Positions 11,326 to 37,808 of a stretch of 64,000 nt of DNA are shown in pieces. Source of the DNA: Hormiphora californensis (Eukaryota > Animalia > Ctenophora); contig CM035358.1 of NCBI GenBank assembly GCA_020137815.1, forward strand, positions 5,146,001 through 5,210,000, written 5' to 3'. The translations under genes were made by a program, and so were the position numbers. Position 1 is the first letter of the stretch, and the number at the start of each line of letters is the position of its first letter. The notes below the pieces were generated by a model. That model was not told the origin of the DNA, ran no database searches, and was given only the letters and a program-made list of their open reading frames with translations.

Positions 11326-12776
11326 GAGCCCAGATCGGCAAAATTACTCGGGCTCCAAAATAGGAGAAAATGGTAGGTTGGGGTAGTATATGGTGCACCG
11401 TGAACGGGTGAATAAAAATGTACAGGTATAAGAGATATGTGTATTGAGAGGTGTACGTATCCAAGAAATAGATTGACTGATCATCTAGCCAATCGCCGGG
11501 GCAGGTTAGGGACCAACTTACAAAAAGTACCCGGTTATGTTTTCCAAAAGTATCCGTACTTTTTATAAGTTGCTCTGTTAGAAAGAGTATCACCCCATAT
11601 CACAGGACCCTTGCCAGCTCATTGTTAAACAGCTCATGATACGTACAAGCTCTAACACAGTTCTACAATACCCATACAAAAAACACAATATAATAACTCG
11701 AAAAAGACAGTTATAAACGAAGACTCTGCCTGAGTTACAATGATTTTACTACATCTTGCCTCTTTTTACGTCGCTCTGTTTCTACCGTGTCTCTTGGTAA
11801 TGCGGATTGTTGAGTCAACAAGTTCCGGAAGGAGTCGTGTAGCTCTGTGTTCGGAAGAGCAAGAGAGGGGCAAGAGGTAGTAAAATACGTGAGATTATAA
11901 TGACGAATAGGGGGGATAGCACAATGATGTTATCGCCCCCAGACATTGTAAAATCTCAAAATAAAAAACACAACTACATAATATATCGGTTCTACCGACC
12001 ATACAGTGTGAGTTTCAGAATATCTTGAACATTGGGTTAAATTTGTCAGTCAAACTTTTAAACTTCAGCAGGTCCCTGTTTCAAGATATTTTGAAGATCA
12101 CTAACAAATATAAACAAAAGCAATAAAGAATGAAAAAACTCTGAAGAAGGGAGGAGAGATATGAGTACGTGTGGCAGCTGTGATAGTATAATTTTGATTT
12201 TACGTGTACACCATATCTCCCCTCTCTCTATCATTTCAAAGTGTATGCACACGAGTGTCGCGTTTGAAAAAGTGTGGTTAACAGCCGGAAGGAGATACCA
12301 TCTCTATTGACAATAACAGCTTCTGTTCCAATCTTTTAGTCATAAATCATCTTAGTAGTAAAAAAACATTTGTAAATGAAAACACGTCTTTCGCGCCACG
12401 GACACTCGTGTGTAAAAAAGTGTTTAAACTGTTAATAACTTAATAAGTTAAAGAAGAAGGGGGAAGGTTAAAAGAAAACAGAACATATATATTGATTACT
12501 CAGGTACCTCACATTTACTACTGCAGAGAGCAGAAAAACGTAACCATTGTAAAATTTTGAGATATAATATAATTCTTTAGGTAGCACTGCTTGTACAACT
12601 TATAACACTGCACAGTGTTATAAGTTTTCACTTATAACACCCCCCAGTGTTATAAGTTTTCACTTATAACACCCCCCAGTGATACATGAAAACTTATAAC
12701 ACTGCTGCACTCAGAACTCCTTACTCCACTGTTTCTGTCACACTTAAAACCCGTTAGAAAGATAAGCGTGTACGAA

Positions 12777-12808
<32 letters not shown>

Positions 12809-13971
12809 ATGTCACACTGTCAAGCCGTTGCAGCACCGAGATCAAGATAACAGTTACGAACTCCCGGACCCACGTCCCACACATTCTTTATCTCTCTCAC
12901 TCTCACTAATCTCTCACTCTCTCTACCTAAGTATCTCAGGCGTTATCTTATCTTATACTGATATCTCTGCCTGCTACCAGATCATGAATTCGCTCTATTG
13001 TTACGCCCTAAAGTGTCCCTCACTCTTGTTTTAAAAATTTTACAATGCAATTTTATTATGCCTATTTTCGTTGTACCTGACATCAACAATAATGTCCCAG
13101 ATTCTTACACTTTTAGACCTCGCAGGCTCGGTCAAAAAGTAAAACTACATCACTCGCAGGCTCGTGAGGTAGTTAGACTTAGTGGCACTCGCAGGCTCGT
13201 GCACTTAAGTACAAGAATCTGCCTCGACCTGTGGTCTCGGATCATTATTGTTGTACTTATAACACTCGACCTTCGGTCTCGTGTTATAAGTTTTCAGGTA
13301 CAACTTATAGGCATAATAAAATCCTACATGGTAACCATGGTCACGTAAGTAGCTGCAGGAGTAATCCTGTATAAGAATAGTAGGGGACACTAGGGTGGTA
13401 ACTTGTACCCCAACTCAATATTTGTCTCCTCACCAAGGTTCACAAAGAAGGAAAGTTCGTGTACCACGCTAGTGTCCCCTAGAAGAATGGGGTAAAGGAG
13501 AACAGAGTTTGTATAACAACTGTTAGTGTACACAACTGTTAGTGTACACTACTCTAGTGTACAATAAACGTGTACATTACATTAGTGTACAATATACGGC
13601 TAAACGTGTATTAAGTACACAACATCATAAAACTGTACCTTTTAGGTCTCTAATATTGGGCTGTCTATCAGTGCTCCACGTCATATTGGCTGCTCGCATA
13701 GCATTTAATTGTCTAAGACGCGGTCTAAGACACATAAAAAAGCAATCAATGTTTGCGGACTGCGTCTTAGATCAGGTCTTAGGCAACGATGTTTGCGGGC
13801 AGCCAATATGACGGAGCACCATTCAAATGATATATGTCGGATAAAAAACAAAAGAAATAATGTATACATCTGAGGATAATGTGCTATATTATTAGGCCCA
13901 GCCTCGCACCATCAAGGCTCTTCCCAAGTTGCAATCAATGCAATAGTATGTGAGCCAAATATTATGTATAC

Positions 13972-14080
13972 CAGGAACCGACCGAATTAAGTAAACAGCC
14001 AATCAGAACTCGTTAGTTAGGTCACGTGACTGGTTATCAGCCAATCAGGGACCAGTATTTCCTGATTCGGTCGGTTCCTG
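13972..14080. mobile_element. 109-bp hAT-like MITE, copy 1
   Basis: TIR CAGGAACCGACCGAA; flanks ATGTATAC/ATGTATAA (8-bp TSD with one mismatch); second copy at 16532-16640. Confidence 0.85.
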
Positions 14081-14346
14081 ATGTATAACATGGGTCATTA
14101 GACCATGCATGCGCATGTGTTCTACTGATTACATGAACTAATGACCCAATTATATACCATTATTTTGGCACAACATTTCCGTTGTATAAAAGTGGTGGCA
14201 GAGATGATATCACGTGTCACGTGGTCCAGATGGTAAATACTGATCAACTGTTATCACTGCACCCCTTTATCTCAATCATTGTTCCCGCATTCAAATATAT
14301 CACATGTCATGCTCTCTCTCGAGATGATGGGGGGGTCACATATTAA

Positions 14347-15736
14347 GGGTACGCTAACCAAAATTTTTTTTCGAGTGCAGGGAAATCTCTCACCGTAGGG
14401 TTGTAGGCCATGCCAAGGAGACCTCAAATATGCAATTTGAGCTCTCAAGTCGAATTCATATTTTTGCTACAGCTGCTTGAAAAATGAACTGAAAATAAGT
14501 TTTTGGCATCTTAAAAATACATTTGTAAAGATAGGATCATAAAAATTTGTGGATTTGAAGAGGACAAAGAGGTGAGTAGCCACAAAATTTTTTTTGGAAA
14601 TCCGAGCTGATTTCCGGTCCTGAGATGGATTTCTTTTTTTTGACTTTAACGCCATATTTGGCCAAGTTCCGAAAATATGTGAAAGCTGTAAATTGGTCAA
14701 AAGTTGCGTCTAACGATTCTCTATATGGCCATAAATTTTGGGCGCGTCCTTATTTGAGATAAGATGTACAGAGTTTTTTTTGTGAAAGCCGTCATTTCAG
14801 AAATAAATAAATTCCCTGTATCTCAAAAACGGCTGATCGTAGAGACCTGCGACTATGCTTAAACGATTCAGAAGGTCCGATTTTGGGGGGGTCTTCTGAT
14901 AGACATTTTGCTCCTACTTCAACCGTTTTTGCTGTAATTGCGAAAAACAAATTCTATGAAAAGGGCAAAAGCTAAACTCCAATATCCTGTAATTAGGGAA
15001 TTTTAGCTAAGAAAGGACCGAAACTATGGAAAAATGTGTAACAAGCTAATTCCTTCACTATTTGGTCCATATGGGTCCCTATAATCACCAAAAACAAAAT
15101 CTCAAAAAATCCACGATGGCGAAGATGGGTTTTTGTTTTTCGCAATTACAGCAAGAACGGTTGAAGTAGGAGCAAAATGTCTCTCAGAAGACCCCCCCAA
15201 AATCGGACCTTCTGAATCGTTTAAGCATAGTCTCAGGTCTCTACGATCAGCCGTTTTTGAGATACAGGGAATTTATTTATTTCTGAAATGACGGCTTTCA
15301 CAAAAAAAACTCTGTACAGCTTATCTCAAATAAGGACACGCCCAAAATTTATGGCCACTTAGATAATCGTTAGACGCAACTTTTCACCAATTTACAGCTT
15401 TCACATGTTTTCGGAACTTTGCCAAATAGGGCGTTAAAGTGGAAAAAAAGAAATCCATCTCAGGACCGGAAATCAGCTCGGATTGCAAAAAAAAATTTTG
15501 TGGTTATTTACCTTCATGTCCTCTTCAAATCCCCAAATTTTCATGATCTTATCTTTACAAATGTATTTTTGAGTTGCCAAAAACGTATTTACAGGACATT
15601 TTTTAAACAGCTGTAGCAAAAATATGAATTCGACTTGAGAGCTCAAATTTCATATTTGAGGTCTCCTTGGCATGGCCTACAACCCTACGGTGAGAGATTT
15701 CCCTGCACTCGAAAAAAATTTTTGGTTAGCGTACCC
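14347..15736. mobile_element. Kolobok-like non-autonomous DNA transposon with about 600-bp TIRs
   Basis: TTAA|GGGTACGCTAACC...GGTTAGCGTACCC|TTAA. Related element at 62936. Confidence 0.85.
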
Positions 15737-16347
15737 TTAAGATCTGATGATTATGTCAACATGTAATAACCCCCAACTCTCTCTCTCTCATGACATGACG
15801 TCACAATGACGTCACAATGACATCATAATGATATTCATGACGTCATAATGATATATTGAATATATTGTCTCTGTGTGGCTTTGTTTGTCATCTGTGTGGT
15901 GTAATATAGTGAGTATCTAGTATTCACTATTGTATATTAGTTGTGGGGAAAAGCAGCCGCATGTGACTGAAAGCTGAGGTTCAAACACGAAGCTGCTATC
16001 CCTGGCGCTATGAGTTGTTGAGTAACTCCTCTTACTCAACAACCAATGAGAATATATATTAAACGGTGGAATATTGTATTTGCAGTTCTCTCTCTGATCT
16101 CTCTCTCTCTTTGCAAGTTTACATGATATAGAAAGATCTGGTGTGGAACATTCCTGAAGGGTTCGAATGATGATTGGTACAGGATTCTGGAACATTCCAT
16201 CACATCTTGAGATGAGGTATTATCAGGGTATGTCTGGTGATATCAGGCGCTCTTTTTATGATGTTATATCCATGACAGCGCCGACACGCTCGCTGCACTA
16301 ACTGAAGTTGATATATCACTGATTGGGTCACATATCATCGTCAGGTG

Positions 16348-29219
<12,872 letters not shown>

Positions 29220-29832
29220 CTGGTAGGATTTAATTAATTGATTAACTTTAATTGAAGTGTGTTCGCACGAGGCGATGACCCTGTTGCAGCAGAGGATCTG
29301 ATCTTCTACAGCTTCGAACAACCTAAAGTGACTAAAGTGAGTGAATTAATATATTATTCAATGATAATTAAAGTCAACGGCAAACACAGTTGGCGTACGA
29401 TACCATAAATATCAGTTCAGCACTGTATGGATCTCTCCTTTCCGCGCCCTACGTCAAGGCAGGGAGTACTAATTAACTAATGTATCGCTCTCACTTTTCT
29501 CAAAGGGGATAAAAGTGAGAGACATACTTTTACTAAAAAACCTTGTTAGAGGGGATCATATAATCAGTATTCCCTTGGGACCATATATCAGAGAGAAAGG
29601 AAGATTGAGATATTTTTTTGAAACTGAGCAACGTCCTTGCTGGCTGCTCTTCGATATTATCGCACTGCACCGGTGTTATTGTCGGAAAAAATGGAGAAAT
29701 AAAAAGTTCCATACATACGGGATTTTGATTTTGGACCTTAACACTTCTCACCCATCAATGTAGTTGTTGTTGAAAATATGTAGCATGTTAATGTATGTAC
29801 ATGTACTAACTTACACCTGATTTGTAACAGTT

Positions 29833-29895
<63 letters not shown>

Positions 29896-30122
29896 TCTCC
29901 CAAACAAGTAATGCACAGTAGCGTTTCAAAGGTGCCCCAAATGAATCTACTTATAAACTATAGAGACTCACTTTGTTTGAGACATGCTCATACGATCTAC
30001 GACAAGACGCCAATTTGCTGTAACAGTTAACCATATTTTCGTTTTCTCAGTGCAGTGCTAGGTGAAAGAGTAAGAAAGTGATGGAGAGATAGTCCAGGGT
30101 CCAGAGAGAGAGAGAGAGAGAG

Positions 30123-30196
<74 letters not shown>

Positions 30197-31065
30197 AGGG
30201 AGAGGGAGAGAGAGATGTCGACGTGTGTAAGAAGTACGTGTGTCACGTCTCCAGCTGTAGAGACCTATAACTCGTACGAGCTCGCTCTGTTCTACTCGTT
30301 CGCGGTAAGAGATAGAGAGAGGGGAAACTCAAGCACCCCAGCAAAGGAAGACACAGTGTACAATAATGCCGTGAAACAACGAAATGTTTTGCCGAATTCA
30401 CGGCTTGGGACAATAAACCAGTAACCACTTTAATCAGGAAGCCGGATAGTAAGTCTCCGGTGTCCAAAAACTACTGTAGGTATTGGACACCCGAGACCAT
30501 ATTATCCGGCTTCCGGGTGGGGGTGTTAAAGCACGTATAAAACGTACAAGAAATAGAGAGAAGGAGAGAGAGAAGGAGAGAGAAGGAGAGAGAGAAGGAG
30601 GGAGAAAGAGCAACCATTTCAAATCAGATATAAGTACATGGAATATCATCAACTGACACCCGGCGGGCAAGTGGCCGAGTAGTCAGGTTTATGGCTTAGA
30701 CGCTTTTATGTCCCAAATCCAAGTACCGTATGTAAATTTGTCTTTTTTAAATTTTAATATTTCGACAATAGCACCAGTGCAGTGCGACTCTTTAAGAGTA
30801 CTCCTCTTTAAGGGTACACCTAGCGTTTTTAAACATCGTTTGCCCAACCAAATGACTTCATAATATTCACAAGAGTTTAGCACATATAAAATGGACGTGA
30901 AATATGCAAGGATAGCCTTAAACTCATGGCTTGTGACAATAAATTACTTTAATCAGGGCGGAGGGCCCCTATCAGGAAGCCCCAGTAATGTATGCCTTTG
31001 TGGGTATAAAATCTCTTTCTAATTCTCTCTCACTCTCTCTCTCTCTCCCCCCCCCCCCCTCTCTC

Positions 31066-31133
<68 letters not shown>

Positions 31134-31144
31134 CTCCTCTAATC

Positions 31145-31244
31145 NNNNNNNNNNNNNNNNNNNNNNNNNNNNNNNNNNNNNNNNNNNNNNNNNNNNNNNN
31201 NNNNNNNNNNNNNNNNNNNNNNNNNNNNNNNNNNNNNNNNNNNN
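31145..31244. other. Assembly gap (100 N)
   Basis: Run of N of standard unknown-gap size. Confidence 0.99.
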
Positions 31245-31939
31245 TTTACCGATGGACCAATTTGCCCAGCTTACCTGTACTAGTATAATAGCCATGTTAT
31301 ATCAAGACTCCACTCCTGCTACCCAAACGAAAGTTTCTCTATTTTATCCCGACCCCAACCACCCGAAACGACCCCCTAATCAACCACTAACACCCCATCT
31401 CCTCCTCTCCGGGACACTCAGAGCTTAATCCGAGTGGTGAAGGTAACAAACTGCACCACATTTATATGGACGGCAACTGGGGTGCTGTGTGAGTGTGCTG
31501 TGATGTCGGTAATTTCCTTACTCCCCTAAACATGTCCATACATCATCTACTGACTGCAGTATTGATCCAGCTCCATTTTAAGCTGGTTACATGGAAATGG
31601 GAATAGAAATTATAAATGCAGTGAATGGACTAGAAACATACCGAACATGGGAAGGATCAAGGATCCCGTGGTAAAAATTAGACACTGGCCACTCTTTGTG
31701 GACACCCATGTTTTGGATCGAATAATTTTTGAGAATAGTATGAGCAGCAAAACTGACCGTCCCATGAGGTGTTTTAGGATGTTCTCAATTCTTACTCTGT
31801 GATATTAAAAACACAAATCTTAGGTATCCATTTCTATATATTACAGCGGATGGAAATTGGAAAATTAGTTTTGAATATGTACATAGAAATCATAAATATA
31901 TTCCCCCCCCCCCAAAAAAGTGTGATTTTTGCTAATATA

Positions 31940-32072
31940 CAGTCGGTTCCCGATTTACCGCGATGCTCGGGGGAAAGATATTGCCTGATAATTCGGGGTG
32001 CCCGGGTCAAATAATGTTAATTTCTTATCCCGGCTCGGGTATATCAACGACCGGTAAATTGGGGTCCGACTG
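31940..32072. mobile_element. Tc1/mariner (pogo-like) MITE
   Basis: TA|CAGTCGG...CCGACTG|TA; related to 18915-19069. Confidence 0.75.
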
Positions 32073-32884
32073 TAACTTAATAAATAGTTCTTTGTCCATC
32101 ACAATCTTTTAACACTTATTTCCAGGTACTGATCATTGAGTTTCGAACAATGCCGTATAAACTGTCCTCTATCAATAATTATGAAGCTCCCATCATTTTT
32201 CCTGACAGAGGTATAATGGTATAATGCTAATTAATAATCAGGTCATTATCAGGTCATCACAACACTTTAGGGTGTGGCAAACATATGTTTGCCACAACCT
32301 AAAGTGTTTCAATTTGTATCCTGCTCCCTCTACACCCGGTCGAGCACTTTCGTGGCCGTCACCGCCCCGTACTGTATATTTTACAGTATAAATCCTAAAT
32401 CGCATTCTCTCTTCACTCTAATTTAAAATTATATCTCTCTCCCCTAGTTTGATTCGGTCCTGACCAAGATGTTAACGTTGGTACATATTTGTCCTTTTCC
32501 TTCTCATTACACATACCAAGTTTCGAATAATGCCATGTGAACTGTCCTTTCATCCCGTTCCCGAAAATGAGGTATGGTAACAAGATTTAAATATTTATTT
32601 TATGAGTTTTGAATAATGTTTAAGGGGTCATCAATTCAGCCCTAAATTACAAATTGGCTTAATTCAGTTTTCAGATGGTGTTAAAATGAACACACCATGT
32701 CACACCATGTCACACTAATACCCTAAGATTTAATCGGGGCGCGCGCGGTTGTTTTTAAAATAAAAGTTGAAACGTGTCAGCAGTTGGTAGCGTGGTCTGG
32801 TGTGCGCGTCTTAGCAACCCCTGAACTTAACGAGCGTGCAGGCCTACGCCCCTACGGGGCTTGCCTGCTTCGCAGGCAATGAGA

Positions 32885-33680
32885 TATGCCTCATGAGGCC
32901 TCATGAGACATGCATCATGTCAAAACTGCTCATGAGGCCTCATGAGACATCAAAACAAAGTTGGGATGAGGCACATGTCTCATGAGGCCTCATGAGCAGT
33001 GTCTCATGAGGCCTCATGAGGCCTCATGAGTGCCTCATGAGGCGCCTCATGAGGTCTCATGAGGCCTCATGAGGCACTGAAACAGCTGAAAATGTCTCAT
33101 GAGGCCTCATGAGGCGCCTCATGAGGCCTCATGAGACAAACGGACACGTTCTTCCGACTTACCTCTTTTTCTCTTTTTTGAAAAAGTTTCAGTTCAAAAA
33201 TTTGAACTGATTCGAGCTGTGATTTTCTCCGAGCGAAAAAAACCACGCGCGCGCGTGCGCGGCGTAAATTCTGGATTTGCGCGTAACCAAACACCCAGAT
33301 TTTAACGTCGCCCGAGCCACAACGCGTCAGACAAACGAGAAATTTTCAGACAGAAAAAGTTTTTTAAATTTGGAATTTTCTAATATTTGTCGACATAATA
33401 ATATGATTGCATGAGATGTAACGCGCGAAATAAAGTTTTTGTGTGCTGCAAAAACGTGCGCGCGATCAAATTGAATCAATTGACATTTTGTTTGAAGTTT
33501 TTCTCGGAAAAAGTTTGGAATGCGCTGCAGGGGCGACGTTAAAATCTGGGTGTTTGGTTACGCGCAAATCCAGAATTTACGCCGCGCACGCGCGCGCGTG
33601 GTTTTTTCGCTCGGAGAAAATCACAGCTCGAATCAGTTCAAATTTTTGAACTGAAACTTTTTCAAAAAAGAGGAAAAGAG
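32885..33680. repeat. Self-complementary (GAGGCCTCAT)n minisatellite followed by about 160-bp inverted repeat arms
   Basis: CCTCATGAGG units at 32885-33135. Arm 33160-33320 is the reverse complement of 33530-33680. Confidence 0.8.
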
Positions 33681-34030
33681 AAAAAGTCGAGGAAAATCCG
33701 AAAAACAGGCTTTGAGGGTTAAAATAAAGAACAATAGCGATGGTTGTTGATGGGTTTAAAAAGTAATGTGTTTAGATAAGAATTAAGAACGAGGGTTTTG
33801 ACCAGAAACGTCCAAATTGTGTGATAAAAGTGTGTGACAAACTTACAAAATTACAAGACTTGATCGCTTACGCCTTACCGGTGCCAATCGCCTAGTAAGA
33901 AATAAGGACTGTTAAAGAGATAATTAAAGCCTTATTCTAACGATCATAGTATCGATCATGGTCTGGATCATGGTCTGGATCACGGTCTGGATCATGGTCT
34001 CCCGTCTCAATCATGGTCTCCATTATGGTG

Positions 34031-34474
34031 TATGACTATGACTATGACTATGACTATGACTATGACTATGACTATGACTATGACTATGACTATGACTATG
34101 ACTATGACTATGACTATGACTATGACTATGACTATGACTATGACTATGACTATGACTATGACTATGACTATGACTATGACTATGACTATGACTATGACTA
34201 TGACTATGACTATGACTATGACTATGACTATGACTATGACTATGACTATGACTATGACTATGACTATGACTATGACTATGACTATGACTATGACTATGAC
34301 TATGACTATGACTATGACTATGACTATGACTATGACTATGACTATGACTATGACTATGACTATGACTATGACTATGACTATGACTATGACTATGACTATG
34401 ACTATGACTATGACTATGACTATGACTATGACTATGACTATGACTATGACTATGACTATGACTATGACTATGAC
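34031..34474. repeat. Perfect (TATGAC)74 array
   Basis: Direct reading. Confidence 0.95.
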
Positions 34475-34480
34475 TATGTC

Positions 34481-36390
34481 ATGGTCTGTCATGGTCTGTC
34501 ATGGTCTGTCATGGTCTGTCATGGTCTGTCATGGTCTGTCATGGTCTGTCATGGTCTGTCATGGTCTGTCATGGTCTGTCATGGTCTGTCATGGTCTGTC
34601 ATGGTCTGTCATGGTCTGTCATGGTCTGTCATGGTCTGTCATGGTCTGTCATGGTCTGTCATGGTCTGTCATGGTCTGTCATGGTCTGTCATGGTCTGTC
34701 ATGGTCTGTCATGGTCTGTCATGGTCTGTCATGGTCTGTCATGGTCTGTCATGGTCTGTCATGGTCTGTCATGGTCTGTCATGGTCTGTCATGGTCTGTC
34801 ATGGTCTGTCATGGTCTGTCATGGTCTGTCATGGTCTGTCATGGTCTGTCATGGTCTGTCATGGTCTGTCATGGTCTGTCATGGTCTGTCATGGTCTGTC
34901 ATGGTCTGTCATGGTCTGTCATGGTCTGTCATGGTCTGTCATGGTCTGTCATGGTCTGTCATGGTCTGTCATGGTCTGTCATGGTCTGTCATGGTCTGTC
35001 ATGGTCTGTCATGGTCTGTCATGGTCTGTCATGGTCTGTCATGGTCTGTCATGGTCTGTCATGGTCTGTCATGGTCTGTCATGGTCTGTCATGGTCTGTC
35101 ATGGTCTGTCATGGTCTGTCATGGTCTGTCATGGTCTGTCATGGTCTGTCATGGTCTGTCATGGTCTGTCATGGTCTGTCATGGTCTGTCATGGTCTGTC
35201 ATGGTCTGTCATGGTCTGTCATGGTCTGTCATGGTCTGTCATGGTCTGTCATGGTCTGTCATGGTCTGTCATGGTCTGTCATGGTCTGTCATGGTCTGTC
35301 ATGGTCTGTCATGGTCTGTCATGGTCTGTCATGGTCTGTCATGGTCTGTCATGGTCTGTCATGGTCTGTCATGGTCTGTCATGGTCTGTCATGGTCTGTC
35401 ATGGTCTGTCATGGTCTGTCATGGTCTGTCATGGTCTGTCATGGTCTGTCATGGTCTGTCATGGTCTGTCATGGTCTGTCATGGTCTGTCATGGTCTGTC
35501 ATGGTCTGTCATGGTCTGTCATGGTCTGTCATGGTCTGTCATGGTCTGTCATGGTCTGTCATGGTCTGTCATGGTCTGTCATGGTCTGTCATGGTCTGTC
35601 ATGGTCTGTCATGGTCTGTCATGGTCTGTCATGGTCTGTCATGGTCTGTCATGGTCTGTCATGGTCTGTCATGGTCTGTCATGGTCTGTCATGGTCTGTC
35701 ATGGTCTGTCATGGTCTGTCATGGTCTGTCATGGTCTGTCATGGTCTGTCATGGTCTGTCATGGTCTGTCATGGTCTGTCATGGTCTGTCATGGTCTGTC
35801 ATGGTCTGTCATGGTCTGTCATGGTCTGTCATGGTCTGTCATGGTCTGTCATGGTCTGTCATGGTCTGTCATGGTCTGTCATGGTCTGTCATGGTCTGTC
35901 ATGGTCTGTCATGGTCTGTCATGGTCTGTCATGGTCTGTCATGGTCTGTCATGGTCTGTCATGGTCTGTCATGGTCTGTCATGGTCTGTCATGGTCTGTC
36001 ATGGTCTGTCATGGTCTGTCATGGTCTGTCATGGTCTGTCATGGTCTGTCATGGTCTGTCATGGTCTGTCATGGTCTGTCATGGTCTGTCATGGTCTGTC
36101 ATGGTCTGTCATGGTCTGTCATGGTCTGTCATGGTCTGTCATGGTCTGTCATGGTCTGTCATGGTCTGTCATGGTCTGTCATGGTCTGTCATGGTCTGTC
36201 ATGGTCTGTCATGGTCTGTCATGGTCTGTCATGGTCTGTCATGGTCTGTCATGGTCTGTCATGGTCTGTCATGGTCTGTCATGGTCTGTCATGGTCTGTC
36301 ATGGTCTGTCATGGTCTGTCATGGTCTGTCATGGTCTGTCATGGTCTGTCATGGTCTGTCATGGTCTGTCATGGTCTGTCATGGTCTGTC
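34481..36390. repeat. Perfect (ATGGTCTGTC)191 array
   Basis: Direct reading. Confidence 0.95.
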
Positions 36391-36909
36391 TCGTGATGTC
36401 TCGTGATGTCTCGTGATGTCTCGTGATGTCTCGTGATGTCTCGTGATGTCTCGTGATGTCTCGTGATGTCTCGTGATGTCTCGTGATGTCTCGTGATGTC
36501 TCGTGATGTCTCGTGATGTCTCGTGATGTCTCGTGATGTCTCGTGATGTCTCGTGATGTCTCGTGATGTCTCGTGATGTCTCGTGATGTCTCGTGATGTC
36601 TCGTGATGTCTCGTGATGTCTCGTGATGTCTCGTGATGTCTCGTGATGTCTCGTGATGTCTCGTGATGTCTCGTGATGTCTCGTGATGTCTCGTGATGTC
36701 TCGTGATGTCTCGTGATGTCTCGTGATGTCTCGTGATGTCTCGTGATGTCTCGTGATGTCTCGTGATGTCTCGTGATGTCTCGTGATGTCTCGTGATGTC
36801 TCGTGATGTCTCGTGATGTCTCGTGATGTCTCGTGATGTCTCGTGATGTCTCGTGATGTCTCGTGATGTCTCGTGATGTCTCGTGATGTCTCGTGATGTC
36901 TCGTGATGT
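36391..36909. repeat. Perfect (TCGTGATGTC)51 array
   Basis: Direct reading. Confidence 0.95.
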
Positions 36910-37762
36910 ACTCTGAGGCTCGGAAAGTCGAGATGTCTGAGAGTTCAAGGAAAGTAACTCGGTGGAAGTCAAAAGAATGATGTCTCGTGAATGTCTCTGT
37001 GTCCGTGATGTCTGTGAATTCTGTGTCTTGATGTCCTGAGGATTGATGAGGGCGTGGATGCGAGAGCAATGAGTGAGTGACATATGAATCATCGGAACCA
37101 GTGATGTATGCTGAGATCATGAGCGGAGCTCGATGACGCTCGCAAGACACAATGAACGAGCGCTATGCTCATGGGCAGTAGAGAGTCTGAAGATTCTGGA
37201 TCTGAGCTCTGAGAGATCATGATAGGCGAATTGACAAGAAAACGGTTACTTAAGTTTGAGATTTAGCGATGACTTTGTATTGGTGAATAGGAGATCGCTA
37301 GGAGCTAGAAGATGGTGGCATGGACTGTTTGATAGACTATAGACGATGCGGTGATCTGCTCAGAACTTAACGCGTGATAGATGTCAGTAAATTGTGTTTG
37401 AACCTTAACGAGGTAGAATAAGAACTTGGTACAAAGGCGGATGATATTCAAGTGTCTCTCACTCAATCAGCTAAATCCGCCTTGTTTCAAACTTAGATTA
37501 AATGCTCACGAGATTAGCCGTCAAAATGTTTAAAAGTGCGTCACAGACCCGCGGCCTTTTTTTCAATCTTGAATTAAAATCTCGAATTTTTTTAATTTAA
37601 CCCCCTGTTTGGAGCTCATGAATCTGGCATGAAAGACTCCTCAGCAGTATGATGAAGCTAGAGCGGATCATGGTGAGAGAGAGATAGCGAGAATGAGACG
37701 TGAGAGAAAGGAGAGGAGAGATAGAAGAGGAAGAGAGAACGAGAGAGAGAGAGAAGATGAGA

Positions 37763-37808
<46 letters not shown>

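Noticed and set aside
11735-11844. Possible terminal exon on the minus strand (ELHDSFRNLL...VVKSL*) with a good acceptor
   Set aside because: No recognisable homology, and its phase does not match the LDLR-like penultimate exon. It cannot be assigned to a gene.
34007-37150. Long ORFs of 631-797 aa (YD, MT, VMVCHGLSWS and HHETSRDITR repeats)
   Set aside because: They are translations of stop-free microsatellite arrays open in several frames, with no evidence of coding function.
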